DNA from: an uncultured Gammaproteobacteria bacterium
Lineage (GTDB): Bacteria; Cyanobacteriota; Vampirovibrionia; Gastranaerophilales; Gastranaerophilaceae
Length of the DNA: 43,063 nt
Direction: 5' to 3'
Assembly: GCA_964448535.1 (NCBI GenBank)
Contig: CAYUWO010000001.1
Span: 1-43,063 of the forward strand
Positions 34,657 through 43,063 of this stretch are shown piece by piece. Within the stretch, counting starts at the first letter, position 1; every line of letters starts with the position of its first letter. A program made the position numbers and the translations under genes. A model generated the notes under the pieces. The model had not been told where the DNA came from and did not search any database. It saw only the letters and a program-made list of their open reading frames with translations.

Positions 34657-35367
34657 ATGGAAAAAAAAAGCAGAAATGTATTAATAACGGGCTCAAGCAA
34701 AGGTATAGGCAAAGAAATCGCCAAAATTCTTGCAGAATCAGGGTTTCGGGTTTTTAAAACGGGACGTGCTCCTGTTTTAGATAAAAGCTATTTTCCTTGC
34801 GATTTATCGTGTTTGGAAAATGTGAAAAAACTTTACAATTTAATAAGCGGCGAATGCGTCGGAGTTGATATTTTAATAAACAATGCGGGGCAATACCTTT
34901 ATGCTCCGGTTGAAAAAGTCTGTGAAAAAGAAATTGTTGGCATGTTTAATACAAATTTTCTCTCTCACTATTATTTAACATCGCTTTTTGTTCCTTATAT
35001 GAAAAAAAATAATTTCGGGAGAATTATTAATATCGCTTCGATTTCGGCTGTTGTCGGAGAAGGGAACGCAAGCCTTTACGCCGCTTCAAAGTCTGCTTTT
35101 TTTGGCTTTACAAAGTCGCTTGCGCTTGAACTTGCGCAGCATAATATTACGGTAAATTCAATTTCCCCGGGATGGGTTGAAACCGATTTAACAAAAAATG
35201 CGCTTTGTGAGGAAGAAAAAAAAGAAACTCTTGATGTCATCCCCCAAAAAAGGTTTATTGAACCGGTTGAGGTTGCAAATCTTGTTAAATATTTAATCTC
35301 TGATGAGGCAAAAGGAATAACGGGGCAAAACATTAATGTATGTGCGGGGTTAACTTGCGGCTGTTAA
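34657..35367 (+). CDS. Short-chain dehydrogenase/reductase (FabG-like)
   Basis: ITGSSKGIGKEIA (TGxxxGxG), NNAG, and the catalytic YAASKSA (YxxxK). Confidence 0.85.
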   Translation: MEKKSRNVLITGSSKGIGKEIAKILAESGFRVFKTGRAPVLDKSYFPCDLSCLENVKKLYNLISGECVGVDILINNAGQYLYAPVEKVCEKEIVGMFNTNFLSHYYLTSLFVPYMKKNNFGRIINIASISAVVGEGNASLYAASKSAFFGFTKSLALELAQHNITVNSISPGWVETDLTKNALCEEEKKETLDVIPQKRFIEPVEVANLVKYLISDEAKGITGQNINVCAGLTCGC

Positions 35368-35429
35368 ATTGCAACGGGATTTTTTTTGTAATAAAATTTT
35401 TATGTAAATAAGATAAAGAGGATTTAGCA

Positions 35430-37886
35430 ATGCAGGTTTCATACGAGTGGTTAAGCGAATATGTTGATTTAGAGGGAATAAGCCCTGAAGAAATTGCACA
35501 TAAGCTTACTGTGAGCGGGCTTGAAGTTGAAGAAGTTCAGGAAGTCAAGCCTAAGTTTACCAATATTATTACGGCAAAAATCGAAAAAATTGATAATCAC
35601 CCTAATGCGGATAAATTGCATCTCGTTACGGTTAACACGGGCTGCGGCATTAGAACCGTTGTCTGCGGAGCCCAAAACATTAAAGAAGGGCAAATTATCC
35701 CGTATGCTTCCGTCGGCTCAAAAGTTTTAAACAGAAAAACGGGTGAAGAGTATGAGCTTGCCTCTGCCGTCATAAGAGGGGTTGAATCTCAGGGCATGCT
35801 ATGTTCTCAGGATGAGCTCGGATTATATGGAATGCAGAAAGAGGACGGCATTTTAATATTAAATGACCTTGTTAAAGATATAAAATTAAACGAACCCTTA
35901 GAAAAAGTTTTAAACATAAATAACGAAATAATTTTCCATACCGCCCCGACCGCAAACAGGGGGGATGAGATGTCTGTTATAGGAATTGCAAGAGAAATTT
36001 CCGCTTTATTTAACAGAAAACTCAAATATTCTCCTTTAATTCAAAGCGAAGAAAAAAAAGCGGATTTTACGGTTGAAATTAAAAATGATGAAATTTGCAA
36101 ATTTTATTCAATCGGAGTTTTAAAAGATGTTACGATAAAACCTGCTCCCGATTTTATTCAGCGCCGTATTATTTCATCAGGCATGCGCCCGATTAACAAT
36201 GTTGTTGATATTACAAACTACGTAATGCTTGAATTCGGCACTCCTTTACATGCTTTTGATTATGATAAATTAGATAAATATCTTTGTGTAAGGTATGCAA
36301 ACGAAGGCGAAAAGATAACCACCCTTGATGAAATCGAAAGAACAATGACAAATAAAACCGTGGTTATTTCAAAAGAAAATGAAGCGGTTTGCCTTGCGGG
36401 GGTTTTTGGCGGAAATAACAGCGAAATTGACGAAAATTCAAAAAATCTCGCTCTTGAAGCCGCATTTTTCACATCTCACACAAACAGGAAATCTGCCCGC
36501 TCAATCGGCTATCGTTCGGAAGCATCAGCCAGATTTGAAAGGGGGGTGGATATCGGTATGGTAAAACAGGGCTTATATCATGCGATAAATCTTTTAATTA
36601 AATATGCGGGTGCTAAATTTGAAGGAATATCTCAGGCAGGTTCCGACATGCCGGAGCCCATTCATATAACTTTAAGAAATTCCGAAATTAAAAGGATTTT
36701 GGGAACTGAAATTTCGCAAGATAAATCGGTTGAAATTTTGGAGAATTTGGGTTTTAAATTGCTTAGCAGAAACGATTCAGCGGCTAAATTTGAAGTTCCC
36801 ACTTACAGAATGAATGATGTTTATCGAGAAATTGACCTTATTGAGGAAGTTTCAAGAATTAACGGATATGAAAATATTCCGTCTACAATCCCGCAAATTG
36901 CCCAAGGAGCAACAATTTCGGATGAAACAAAAATAATTAAATTGATAAATAATCTTTTTATCGGAAACGGATTCAGCGAAATTATAACAACGTCTTTAAC
37001 CGGAGATAATTTCGTATCCGATTTTATGTCATCTTTAAATAATTCAACACGTGTTGACGTTATAAACCCTCAAAGCGAGGACGCTACAACTCTAAGGCAG
37101 GAATTAATGCCAAATTTATTGAGCGTTATAAAAAATAATTTTGACAACGGAAATAAAAACTTCAAACTTTATGAAATCGGCAAAACCTTTGCTTCAAAAG
37201 AAGCACCCGACGAAGACAGTGCAGGCGTTGCCGAACAAAGAAAAATTTCAGGCTGCATATTCGGACACACAAATAATGAAATGTGGAATAAAAAACAAAA
37301 TGGTGGCTTTTTTGATATTAAGGGGGTTTTAGAAAATCTGTTCGGAGTTTTAGGACTAAGTAAAAGAATAGTATTTTCACCTTTTAGGGAAGATAAGAAA
37401 TTTATGCACCCTTATCAGACGGCAACAATTGAACTTTTGGGGAAAAATTTAACAAATATCGGCTATGTGGGGAAAATTCACCCCGTTTTATCCGATAAAT
37501 TAAAGTTTAATCAGGATTTATACGTATTTGAAATAGATTTTGAAACGATTTTGAAAAACGTTAACACTTCATCGGTTGTTAAATATAAAAAATTGCCCGT
37601 TTCAACCCCCGTTACAAGGGATATAGCGTTTATTACGAATAACGAAGTTGCAAACTCGGATATTTTAAAAGTAATTAAAAAGATATGCGATAAAAATATA
37701 TTCAAGGGGGCTAGCCTGTTTGATATTTATAAAGGGGAAAATATCGGGGCAAATAAAAAATCTCTGGCGTACAGAATTACACTTCAAGATGATACAAAAA
37801 CATTGACGGATGCTGAAATTGACGCCGAAATAAATAAAATAAAACAGGGGCTGGAAAAAAACATTTCAGGGCTAAAACTAAGATAA
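35430..37886 (+). CDS. pheT: Phenylalanine--tRNA ligase beta subunit
   Basis: MQVSYEWLSEYVDL N-terminus, tRNA-binding domain (HPNADKLHLVTVN), B3/4 and B5 regions, C-terminal FDX-ACB-like domain. 818 aa. Confidence 0.95.
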   Translation: MQVSYEWLSEYVDLEGISPEEIAHKLTVSGLEVEEVQEVKPKFTNIITAKIEKIDNHPNADKLHLVTVNTGCGIRTVVCGAQNIKEGQIIPYASVGSKVLNRKTGEEYELASAVIRGVESQGMLCSQDELGLYGMQKEDGILILNDLVKDIKLNEPLEKVLNINNEIIFHTAPTANRGDEMSVIGIAREISALFNRKLKYSPLIQSEEKKADFTVEIKNDEICKFYSIGVLKDVTIKPAPDFIQRRIISSGMRPINNVVDITNYVMLEFGTPLHAFDYDKLDKYLCVRYANEGEKITTLDEIERTMTNKTVVISKENEAVCLAGVFGGNNSEIDENSKNLALEAAFFTSHTNRKSARSIGYRSEASARFERGVDIGMVKQGLYHAINLLIKYAGAKFEGISQAGSDMPEPIHITLRNSEIKRILGTEISQDKSVEILENLGFKLLSRNDSAAKFEVPTYRMNDVYREIDLIEEVSRINGYENIPSTIPQIAQGATISDETKIIKLINNLFIGNGFSEIITTSLTGDNFVSDFMSSLNNSTRVDVINPQSEDATTLRQELMPNLLSVIKNNFDNGNKNFKLYEIGKTFASKEAPDEDSAGVAEQRKISGCIFGHTNNEMWNKKQNGGFFDIKGVLENLFGVLGLSKRIVFSPFREDKKFMHPYQTATIELLGKNLTNIGYVGKIHPVLSDKLKFNQDLYVFEIDFETILKNVNTSSVVKYKKLPVSTPVTRDIAFITNNEVANSDILKVIKKICDKNIFKGASLFDIYKGENIGANKKSLAYRITLQDDTKTLTDAEIDAEINKIKQGLEKNISGLKLR

Positions 37887-37959
37887 GTACTATAATTGTA
37901 ATATTGTTTAAAATCTCCTTTGTATGGGGGTTTTAAAGCCTTAAATACTTTTCTTGGGG

Positions 37960-37987
37960 TTGCAAAAAATAATTTTTGTAGTATAGT
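37960..37987 (+). promoter_or_regulatory. Candidate sigma-70 promoter of the lytic transglycosylase gene
   Basis: TTGCAA (37960-37965), a 16-nt spacer, then TATAGT (37982-37987). This leaves a leader of about 90 nt. Confidence 0.45.
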
Positions 37988-38085
37988 AAAAACATAACTG
38001 GGGCTTGCCCGTTATGCGACTTGGATTTACAGCAAGCATAACCGAGTTTTTACCCCGTTTAACAAAAAAATAATGAGGATTGTTT

Positions 38086-38811
38086 ATGACAAGAAAGCTA
38101 ATCACGACTTTATTAGCCGCTTTAGCAATTTTGGCAGGCGGACTGATAAATGAAGCTAAAGCAGCAACCACCCCCCATGAAATCAAAGACATTATCGTTA
38201 AAACAGCAATATCTATGGGAGTTGATCCATGCCTTGCATTGAGTATTGCTCAGCAGGAGTCTAATTTTCAAAGCCACAGAAAAAGCCCGTATGGCGCAGT
38301 CGGTGTGTTTCAATTAATGCCTTCCACCGCAAAAAAAATGGGTTTTGACCCTTATGATATCAATGAAAACATTAAAGGCGGGCTTACATACTATCAAATG
38401 ATGTATAAAAAATTTGGCTCGACTGATTTAGCCCTTGCGGCATATAACGCAGGACCGGGGAATGTTTCAAAATATAACGGGGTCCCCCCCTTTAGCGAAA
38501 CAAAAAAGTTTATTAACATAATTCAAACAAACAGAAAGCTCTATCAAAACGACCCGTCTGTTTTAAAACATGCTCCCGTTAAAAAAGCGGCTGAGCCTGT
38601 TAAAAAAGAGGAAACAGCTGCGCAAGCGCCTGTTGAGCAAAAAGAAGCAAACGAGCCCAAGGCTCCCGAAACAAAAGAAATTTTAACTGCACAAGCAAGC
38701 CAAGAGGCGGCTGTAAATATGAAAGATAAAGAAGAAGCGCCCCTTAAACCAAAACATATATTTTCAGACAACGACGGGGCAATTATAGTTCCTGATGAAA
38801 TTATTTTATAA
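38086..38811 (+). CDS. Lytic transglycosylase (SLT domain) with signal peptide and an A/E/K/P-rich C-terminal tail
   Basis: Catalytic QQESNF, GVFQLMPSTA, AAYNAGPGNV. The ATG at 38086 has a GAGGA SD, so I prefer it over the TTG at 38080. Confidence 0.85.
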   Translation: MTRKLITTLLAALAILAGGLINEAKAATTPHEIKDIIVKTAISMGVDPCLALSIAQQESNFQSHRKSPYGAVGVFQLMPSTAKKMGFDPYDINENIKGGLTYYQMMYKKFGSTDLALAAYNAGPGNVSKYNGVPPFSETKKFINIIQTNRKLYQNDPSVLKHAPVKKAAEPVKKEETAAQAPVEQKEANEPKAPETKEILTAQASQEAAVNMKDKEEAPLKPKHIFSDNDGAIIVPDEIIL

Positions 38812-38813
38812 TT

Positions 38814-38841
38814 AAAAAGATAGGTATTTGCTTATCTTTTT
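38814..38841. terminator. A/T-rich bidirectional hairpin between convergent genes
   Basis: AAAAAGATA/TATCTTTTT. Its 3' arm overlaps the last codons of the minus-strand aldolase gene. Confidence 0.5.
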
Positions 38842-39446
38842 AATTTATCTATTTCTTTTATTTGTTTTTTATTTAGAGAAACGACATTTCCTAAAATCTT
38901 TGAAAAAAGATAAGTTTTACAGTATGCTTGAATTGATTCAAGAGAGTAGAAAGCCTCTTTTAAGTTTTTTGCGCCGACTATTATCCCGTGGTTTTTCATT
39001 AATACTGCATTCTTGTTTTTAAAAAGCTTTGAAACATCGTATGCAAGCTCGGTTGATGAAGGCATATAATATTTAGAAAGCGGAATTGAACCGAAATGAA
39101 ATGCAAATTCGGGAATAATAACCTCGTTTATCTCAATCCCCGACACTGCAAACGCCGTAATTTCCGGCGAGTGAGAGTGAATGAGCGCCCCTATATCAGG
39201 TCTTATTTTATAAATTTCAATATGCAAAAATTTTTCGCTTGAAGGTTTTTTAACTCCTTCGATAACATTCCCTGACATATCAATTTCTGTTATATCATCG
39301 TTTTCTAAATCAGCCGCGGCACTTCCCGTTGAAGTAATTAAAATGTTTCCCGATTCTTTTTTTAACGAGATATTTCCGCTTAAAGAGGGGGCGAGCCCTG
39401 CATTATAAACTCTTTTTGCCCAGTAAATTAAATCTTCTTTATTCAT
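38832..39446 (-). CDS. Class II aldolase/adducin-family protein (fuculose-phosphate aldolase / methylthioribulose-phosphate dehydratase-like)
   Basis: GNISLK, TSTGS and the zinc-ligand segment IHSHSPEITAFA. Confidence 0.75.
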   Translation of the reverse strand: MNKEDLIYWAKRVYNAGLAPSLSGNISLKKESGNILITSTGSAAADLENDDITEIDMSGNVIEGVKKPSSEKFLHIEIYKIRPDIGALIHSHSPEITAFAVSGIEINEVIIPEFAFHFGSIPLSKYYMPSSTELAYDVSKLFKNKNAVLMKNHGIIVGAKNLKEAFYSLESIQAYCKTYLFSKILGNVVSLNKKQIKEIDKLKR

Positions 39447-39502
39447 AATAACTATTGTACAAGAAAAATATCTATGGTTAAATATATTTAGCGCAATTTT
39501 TT

Positions 39503-40432
39503 TTGCGACTCTATTTACGAAAGGGGCTTTTTGGTCTTATTAACGAAAATATTGAAATAGCAAGCCATGCCGGTTTTTGCTACGGGGTTAAAAGAGCTGT
39601 TGAAACAGCAAAAAAATTAAAAGAAAAATATCCTGATAAAGAAATTTTTATACAGGGTGAGCTTATCCATAATTCTTATGTTATAAAAGAGCTTGAGGAA
39701 TTGGGGATAAAAACTGTGGAAACCCTTCAAAAACCCGCTCCTAAAGGCGCTATATGCGTTATAAGAAGCCATGGGGCAAGCGTTGACGTTATAGAAGAAA
39801 TTAAACATGCAGGATACAGAGTAATTGATTTAACATGTCCCGATGTTAAAAAAGTTCAAGACACCGCTGTCCGGCTTATTTTAGACGGGTATTTCCTTTT
39901 AATTTTAGGAAAGCAGGAACATCCGGAGGTTATCGCAATTGAGTCAAACGCTAAAAAATATGCCGCAAATAAGGACAATGTTCTTGTAATAAAAAGTCTT
40001 GAAGAACTTATTAAAAACAGCGAACTTATAAGAAAAGAAAAAAAAGTCGGTGTTGTTGTGCAAACTACGCAGAGAATTGAATTTTTAAAAGAAGTAGTTG
40101 ATTGTTTAATTGATATGGTAAAAGAATTAAAAATTGTAAATACTATTTGTCATTCAACCAATTTAAGACAAAATGAAGCAAAAAAGCTCGGACGGAAGTC
40201 GGACTTAATGATTGTTGCAGGTTCTAAAAAAAGCGCCAACACAACTCACCTCGCTGAAATTTTAGAAAAAATAACAACCACGCTTCATATAGAAGATGAA
40301 ACCGAGCTTGATAAGCATGCCGAAATAATAAAATCGGCAAAACATATAGGAATCACCGCAGGAGCAAGCACGCCCGAATCTGTTATAGAAAATATAGAAA
40401 ATAAATTAAAACAATTTAGAAAGGACAAATAA
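39503..40432 (+). CDS. ispH: 4-hydroxy-3-methylbut-2-enyl diphosphate reductase
   Basis: AGFCYGVKRAVE, IRSHG, and the conserved Cys positions (LTCPDV, NTICHST). The start is unresolved: no in-frame ATG or GTG precedes the conserved N-terminal motif, only TTG at 39503 (no SD) or ATT/ATA codons after an AAAGGGG element. Confidence 0.88.
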   Translation: MRLYLRKGLFGLINENIEIASHAGFCYGVKRAVETAKKLKEKYPDKEIFIQGELIHNSYVIKELEELGIKTVETLQKPAPKGAICVIRSHGASVDVIEEIKHAGYRVIDLTCPDVKKVQDTAVRLILDGYFLLILGKQEHPEVIAIESNAKKYAANKDNVLVIKSLEELIKNSELIRKEKKVGVVVQTTQRIEFLKEVVDCLIDMVKELKIVNTICHSTNLRQNEAKKLGRKSDLMIVAGSKKSANTTHLAEILEKITTTLHIEDETELDKHAEIIKSAKHIGITAGASTPESVIENIENKLKQFRKDK

Positions 40433-40433
40433 A

Positions 40434-41501
40434 ATGGAAACAAAAGAAATGATGTCAAAAGAAGAGTTTGAAAAAATGCTCGCTGACAGCTACACCTACA
40501 AATTAAATGTTGCTGATGTTGTTAAAGGAGTTATCGTCAAAAAAGAAAAAGACGGCTACCTTGTAGATATTGGCGCAAAACAGGAAGCTTTTCTTCCAAA
40601 CAGAGAAGTTTGCAATTTTGCCGAACAGAACCCTGATGATATTATTAAACTTTGGGAAGAAAAAGAATTTTATGTCATGAAGGACGAAGAGGATGATGAG
40701 GTTGCAACTTTATCTTTAAGAAAATTATCCTGCGCTCAAAGCTGGGCTAAGCTTGCTGAAATTAAAAATAATAACGAAAACGCCATGGCAAAAATTGTTT
40801 CTTCGGTTAAAGGCGGGCTTATCGCCGAAACTGAAGGCTTGAGAGGGTTTATTCCTTCTTCTCAGTTAAGAACGGGAGCCCCTGTTGATACTCAAATCGG
40901 GCAGGAAATTGAAGTTAAAATTTTAGAGGTTGACCCCAAAAGAAATAAACTTATTCTATCTCAAAGACAAGTTTACACTCAGCAAAGAGAAATGGTTGCT
41001 GATGAAATAATTTCCCGTCTTGCGATTGATCAGGTTGTCGAAGGCGAAGTCGTGCGCATAGCAGACTTCGGGGCGTTTGTTGACATTGAAGGCATTGACG
41101 GGCTTCTTCCCATCTCAGAAATTTCATGGGAAAGAATTAAACACCCATCAGATGTTGTTTCTCTCGGGCAAAAAATTGAAGTTAAAATTATTAAAATTGA
41201 TGAAGAACTTAAAAGAATTTCTCTTTCTCTTAAAAGAATGGGCGCAAACCCTTGGGATGAAATTGCCGACAAATTAAAAGAGGGCGACGTTGTTAAAGGA
41301 ACCGTTAATAAAATCACATCTTTCGGTGTTTTTATCAATATTTACCCCGGTGTTGAGGCTTTGCTCCCGTCAAGCGAAGTATCCGAGGAGCATGTTAATA
41401 TGAATAATATGTTCACTATCGGAGATGAAATCGAAGTTATTATTAAAAAATTCACCCCGCAAGAACACAGAATCGGCTTAGGGTTAAAGGATAATAACTA
41501 A
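40434..41501 (+). CDS. rpsA: 30S ribosomal protein S1-like protein (four S1 domains)
   Basis: Four OB/S1 repeats: VVKGVIVKKEKDGYLVDIG, AKIVSSVKGGLIAETEGLRGFIPSSQL, VVEGEVVRIADFGAFVDIEGIDGLLPISEIS, VVKGTVNKITSFGVFINIYPGVEALLPSSEVS. It starts 1 nt after the ispH stop. Confidence 0.85.
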   Translation: METKEMMSKEEFEKMLADSYTYKLNVADVVKGVIVKKEKDGYLVDIGAKQEAFLPNREVCNFAEQNPDDIIKLWEEKEFYVMKDEEDDEVATLSLRKLSCAQSWAKLAEIKNNNENAMAKIVSSVKGGLIAETEGLRGFIPSSQLRTGAPVDTQIGQEIEVKILEVDPKRNKLILSQRQVYTQQREMVADEIISRLAIDQVVEGEVVRIADFGAFVDIEGIDGLLPISEISWERIKHPSDVVSLGQKIEVKIIKIDEELKRISLSLKRMGANPWDEIADKLKEGDVVKGTVNKITSFGVFINIYPGVEALLPSSEVSEEHVNMNNMFTIGDEIEVIIKKFTPQEHRIGLGLKDNN

Positions 41502-41516
41502 TTTTTGGCTTAATTA

Positions 41517-41548
41517 TAAAATGCCCCGAAATTCGGGGCATTTTTTTT
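41517..41548 (+). terminator. Intrinsic terminator
   Basis: ATGCCCCGAA/TTCGGGGCAT stem followed by T8. Confidence 0.85.
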
Positions 41549-41608
41549 GGAACTTTTATATTATTTGCTGTGTCTTATTTTTGAAGAGGAAAATTTAGAG
41601 GATAGGCT

Positions 41609-42532
41609 ATGGAAGAAGTTATTGAAAAGGATTTAGAATTTGATTTTGAGGATAATTTTGAACAGGAGGAAGAAGTTAAAACCTTTAATAACATAATGAA
41701 TAAGGATGAAATACTCCAAACTTATCTTAAAGAAATAGGAAAAATTAAACTTTTAAACAGAAAATCGGAGGTTCAAATCGGAAGGGCGATTAAAGAAGGA
41801 AGCAAAAAAGAAGCGATAATTGCAAGAAAAAAACTCATACAGGCAAATTTAAGGCTTGTTGTTTCGATTGCAAAGAAATACACAGGGCAAGGCATTTTAT
41901 TTATGGATTTGGTTCAGGAAGGTTCTTTGGGGCTGATTAAGGCGGCAGAGAGGTTTGATTATAAGAAGGGGTTTAAATTTTCAACCTATGCCACATGGTG
42001 GATAAAACAGACAATTATAAGAGCAATCGCGAACCATTCAAGAACAATAAGGATTCCTGTACACATGTCGGATAAAATAAGGGCGCTAAAAAGGGCAATT
42101 TTAAGGTTGAGTGTGAATTTGGGAAGGGAGCCCAATGATATTGAACTTGCAGAATTTATGAAATTGAGCGAAAAGAAAATAAAACAGATAAAATCCGCAA
42201 TGATGAAAGAGCCGGTAAGCCTTTATACTCCTGTTGCGCAAGATTTGTGCATAGAAGATTATATAAAAGACGAGGATACAAAAACGCCCGTATACAGAAC
42301 AGAAAACGAACTTTTAAAAGAAGAACTGTTAAAAATGCTGGATGTATTAAACAAAAGAGAAAGATTTATTATTTTAAACAGATTCGGGCTTGAAGGGAGG
42401 CGCCAAAGAACGCTTGAAGATTTAGGAAAAACTCTCGGGTTTTCAAAAGAAAGAATAAGGCAAATCGAGGGGGAGGCGATAAGAAAATTAAAAAAGTGCA
42501 AGAATGTTGAGGAATTAAAAAATTATCTTTAA
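41609..42532 (+). CDS. RNA polymerase sigma-70 family factor (RpoD/SigA-like, short N-terminus)
   Basis: Region 1.2 [15 protein letters not shown]. Region 2 [41 protein letters not shown]. Region 3 present. Region 4 [12 protein letters not shown]...[28 protein letters not shown]. Confidence 0.9.
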   Translation: MEEVIEKDLEFDFEDNFEQEEEVKTFNNIMNKDEILQTYLKEIGKIKLLNRKSEVQIGRAIKEGSKKEAIIARKKLIQANLRLVVSIAKKYTGQGILFMDLVQEGSLGLIKAAERFDYKKGFKFSTYATWWIKQTIIRAIANHSRTIRIPVHMSDKIRALKRAILRLSVNLGREPNDIELAEFMKLSEKKIKQIKSAMMKEPVSLYTPVAQDLCIEDYIKDEDTKTPVYRTENELLKEELLKMLDVLNKRERFIILNRFGLEGRRQRTLEDLGKTLGFSKERIRQIEGEAIRKLKKCKNVEELKNYL

Positions 42533-42557
42533 ACGCTCAATTCTATTTTTTAGGGTC

Positions 42558-42610
42558 GGGCGTTCAATAGGACTTTTTAGGGCTATTGCAAAAGCGCCCC
42601 CCTTTTTTTA
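42558..42610 (+). terminator. Imperfect long hairpin plus T-run after the sigma factor gene
   Basis: GGGCG..CAATAG / CTATTG..CGCCC, followed by CCTTTTTTT. Confidence 0.55.
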
Positions 42611-42612
42611 TT

Positions 42613-43063
<451 letters not shown>

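Noticed and set aside
35368-35429. T-box leader upstream of pheT
   Set aside because: Only 62 nt separate the SDR stop from the pheT start, far too short for a T-box. No GGTGGTACCGCG-like element is present.

Overview
Dense, mostly housekeeping chromosomal segment of an AT-rich bacterium. It uses the standard bacterial code: TGA terminates era and the 13562..14050 ORF, each inside an ATGA stop/start overlap. By eye I can support about 36 protein-coding genes, two tRNA-Leu genes, a set of intrinsic terminators and a few sigma-70-like promoters. Recognisable genes are a Nudix hydrolase, an MsbA-like ABC exporter, a three-gene split (archaeal-type) glutamate synthase, era, prmC, dxr, gatB (frame-interrupted), a histidine kinase, an OppD-like ATPase, rpsB-tsf, rpsT, an aldo/keto reductase, hydG, hup, an SDR, pheT, a lytic transglycosylase, a class II aldolase, ispH-rpsA, a primary-type sigma factor and the 3' part of pheS. 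I see no transposase, integrase, CRISPR array, restriction or defence gene, or phage module, so I do not claim a new defence or mobile system. Items worth a second look: (1) a single-base frameshift splitting the normally essential gatB at a G4A3 run; (2) an OmpR-type winged-helix protein without a receiver domain, operonic with a soluble histidine kinase; (3) a DUF2229-like protein followed by an orphan OppD-type ATPase; (4) a compact divergent XRE switch with a short terminated transcript; (5) two tandem paralog pairs and one internally repetitive secreted protein, all of unknown function; (6) a G+C-rich hairpin-dense element at the left window edge. All family assignments rest on motifs read from the translations and recalled family knowledge. 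No database search was possible.
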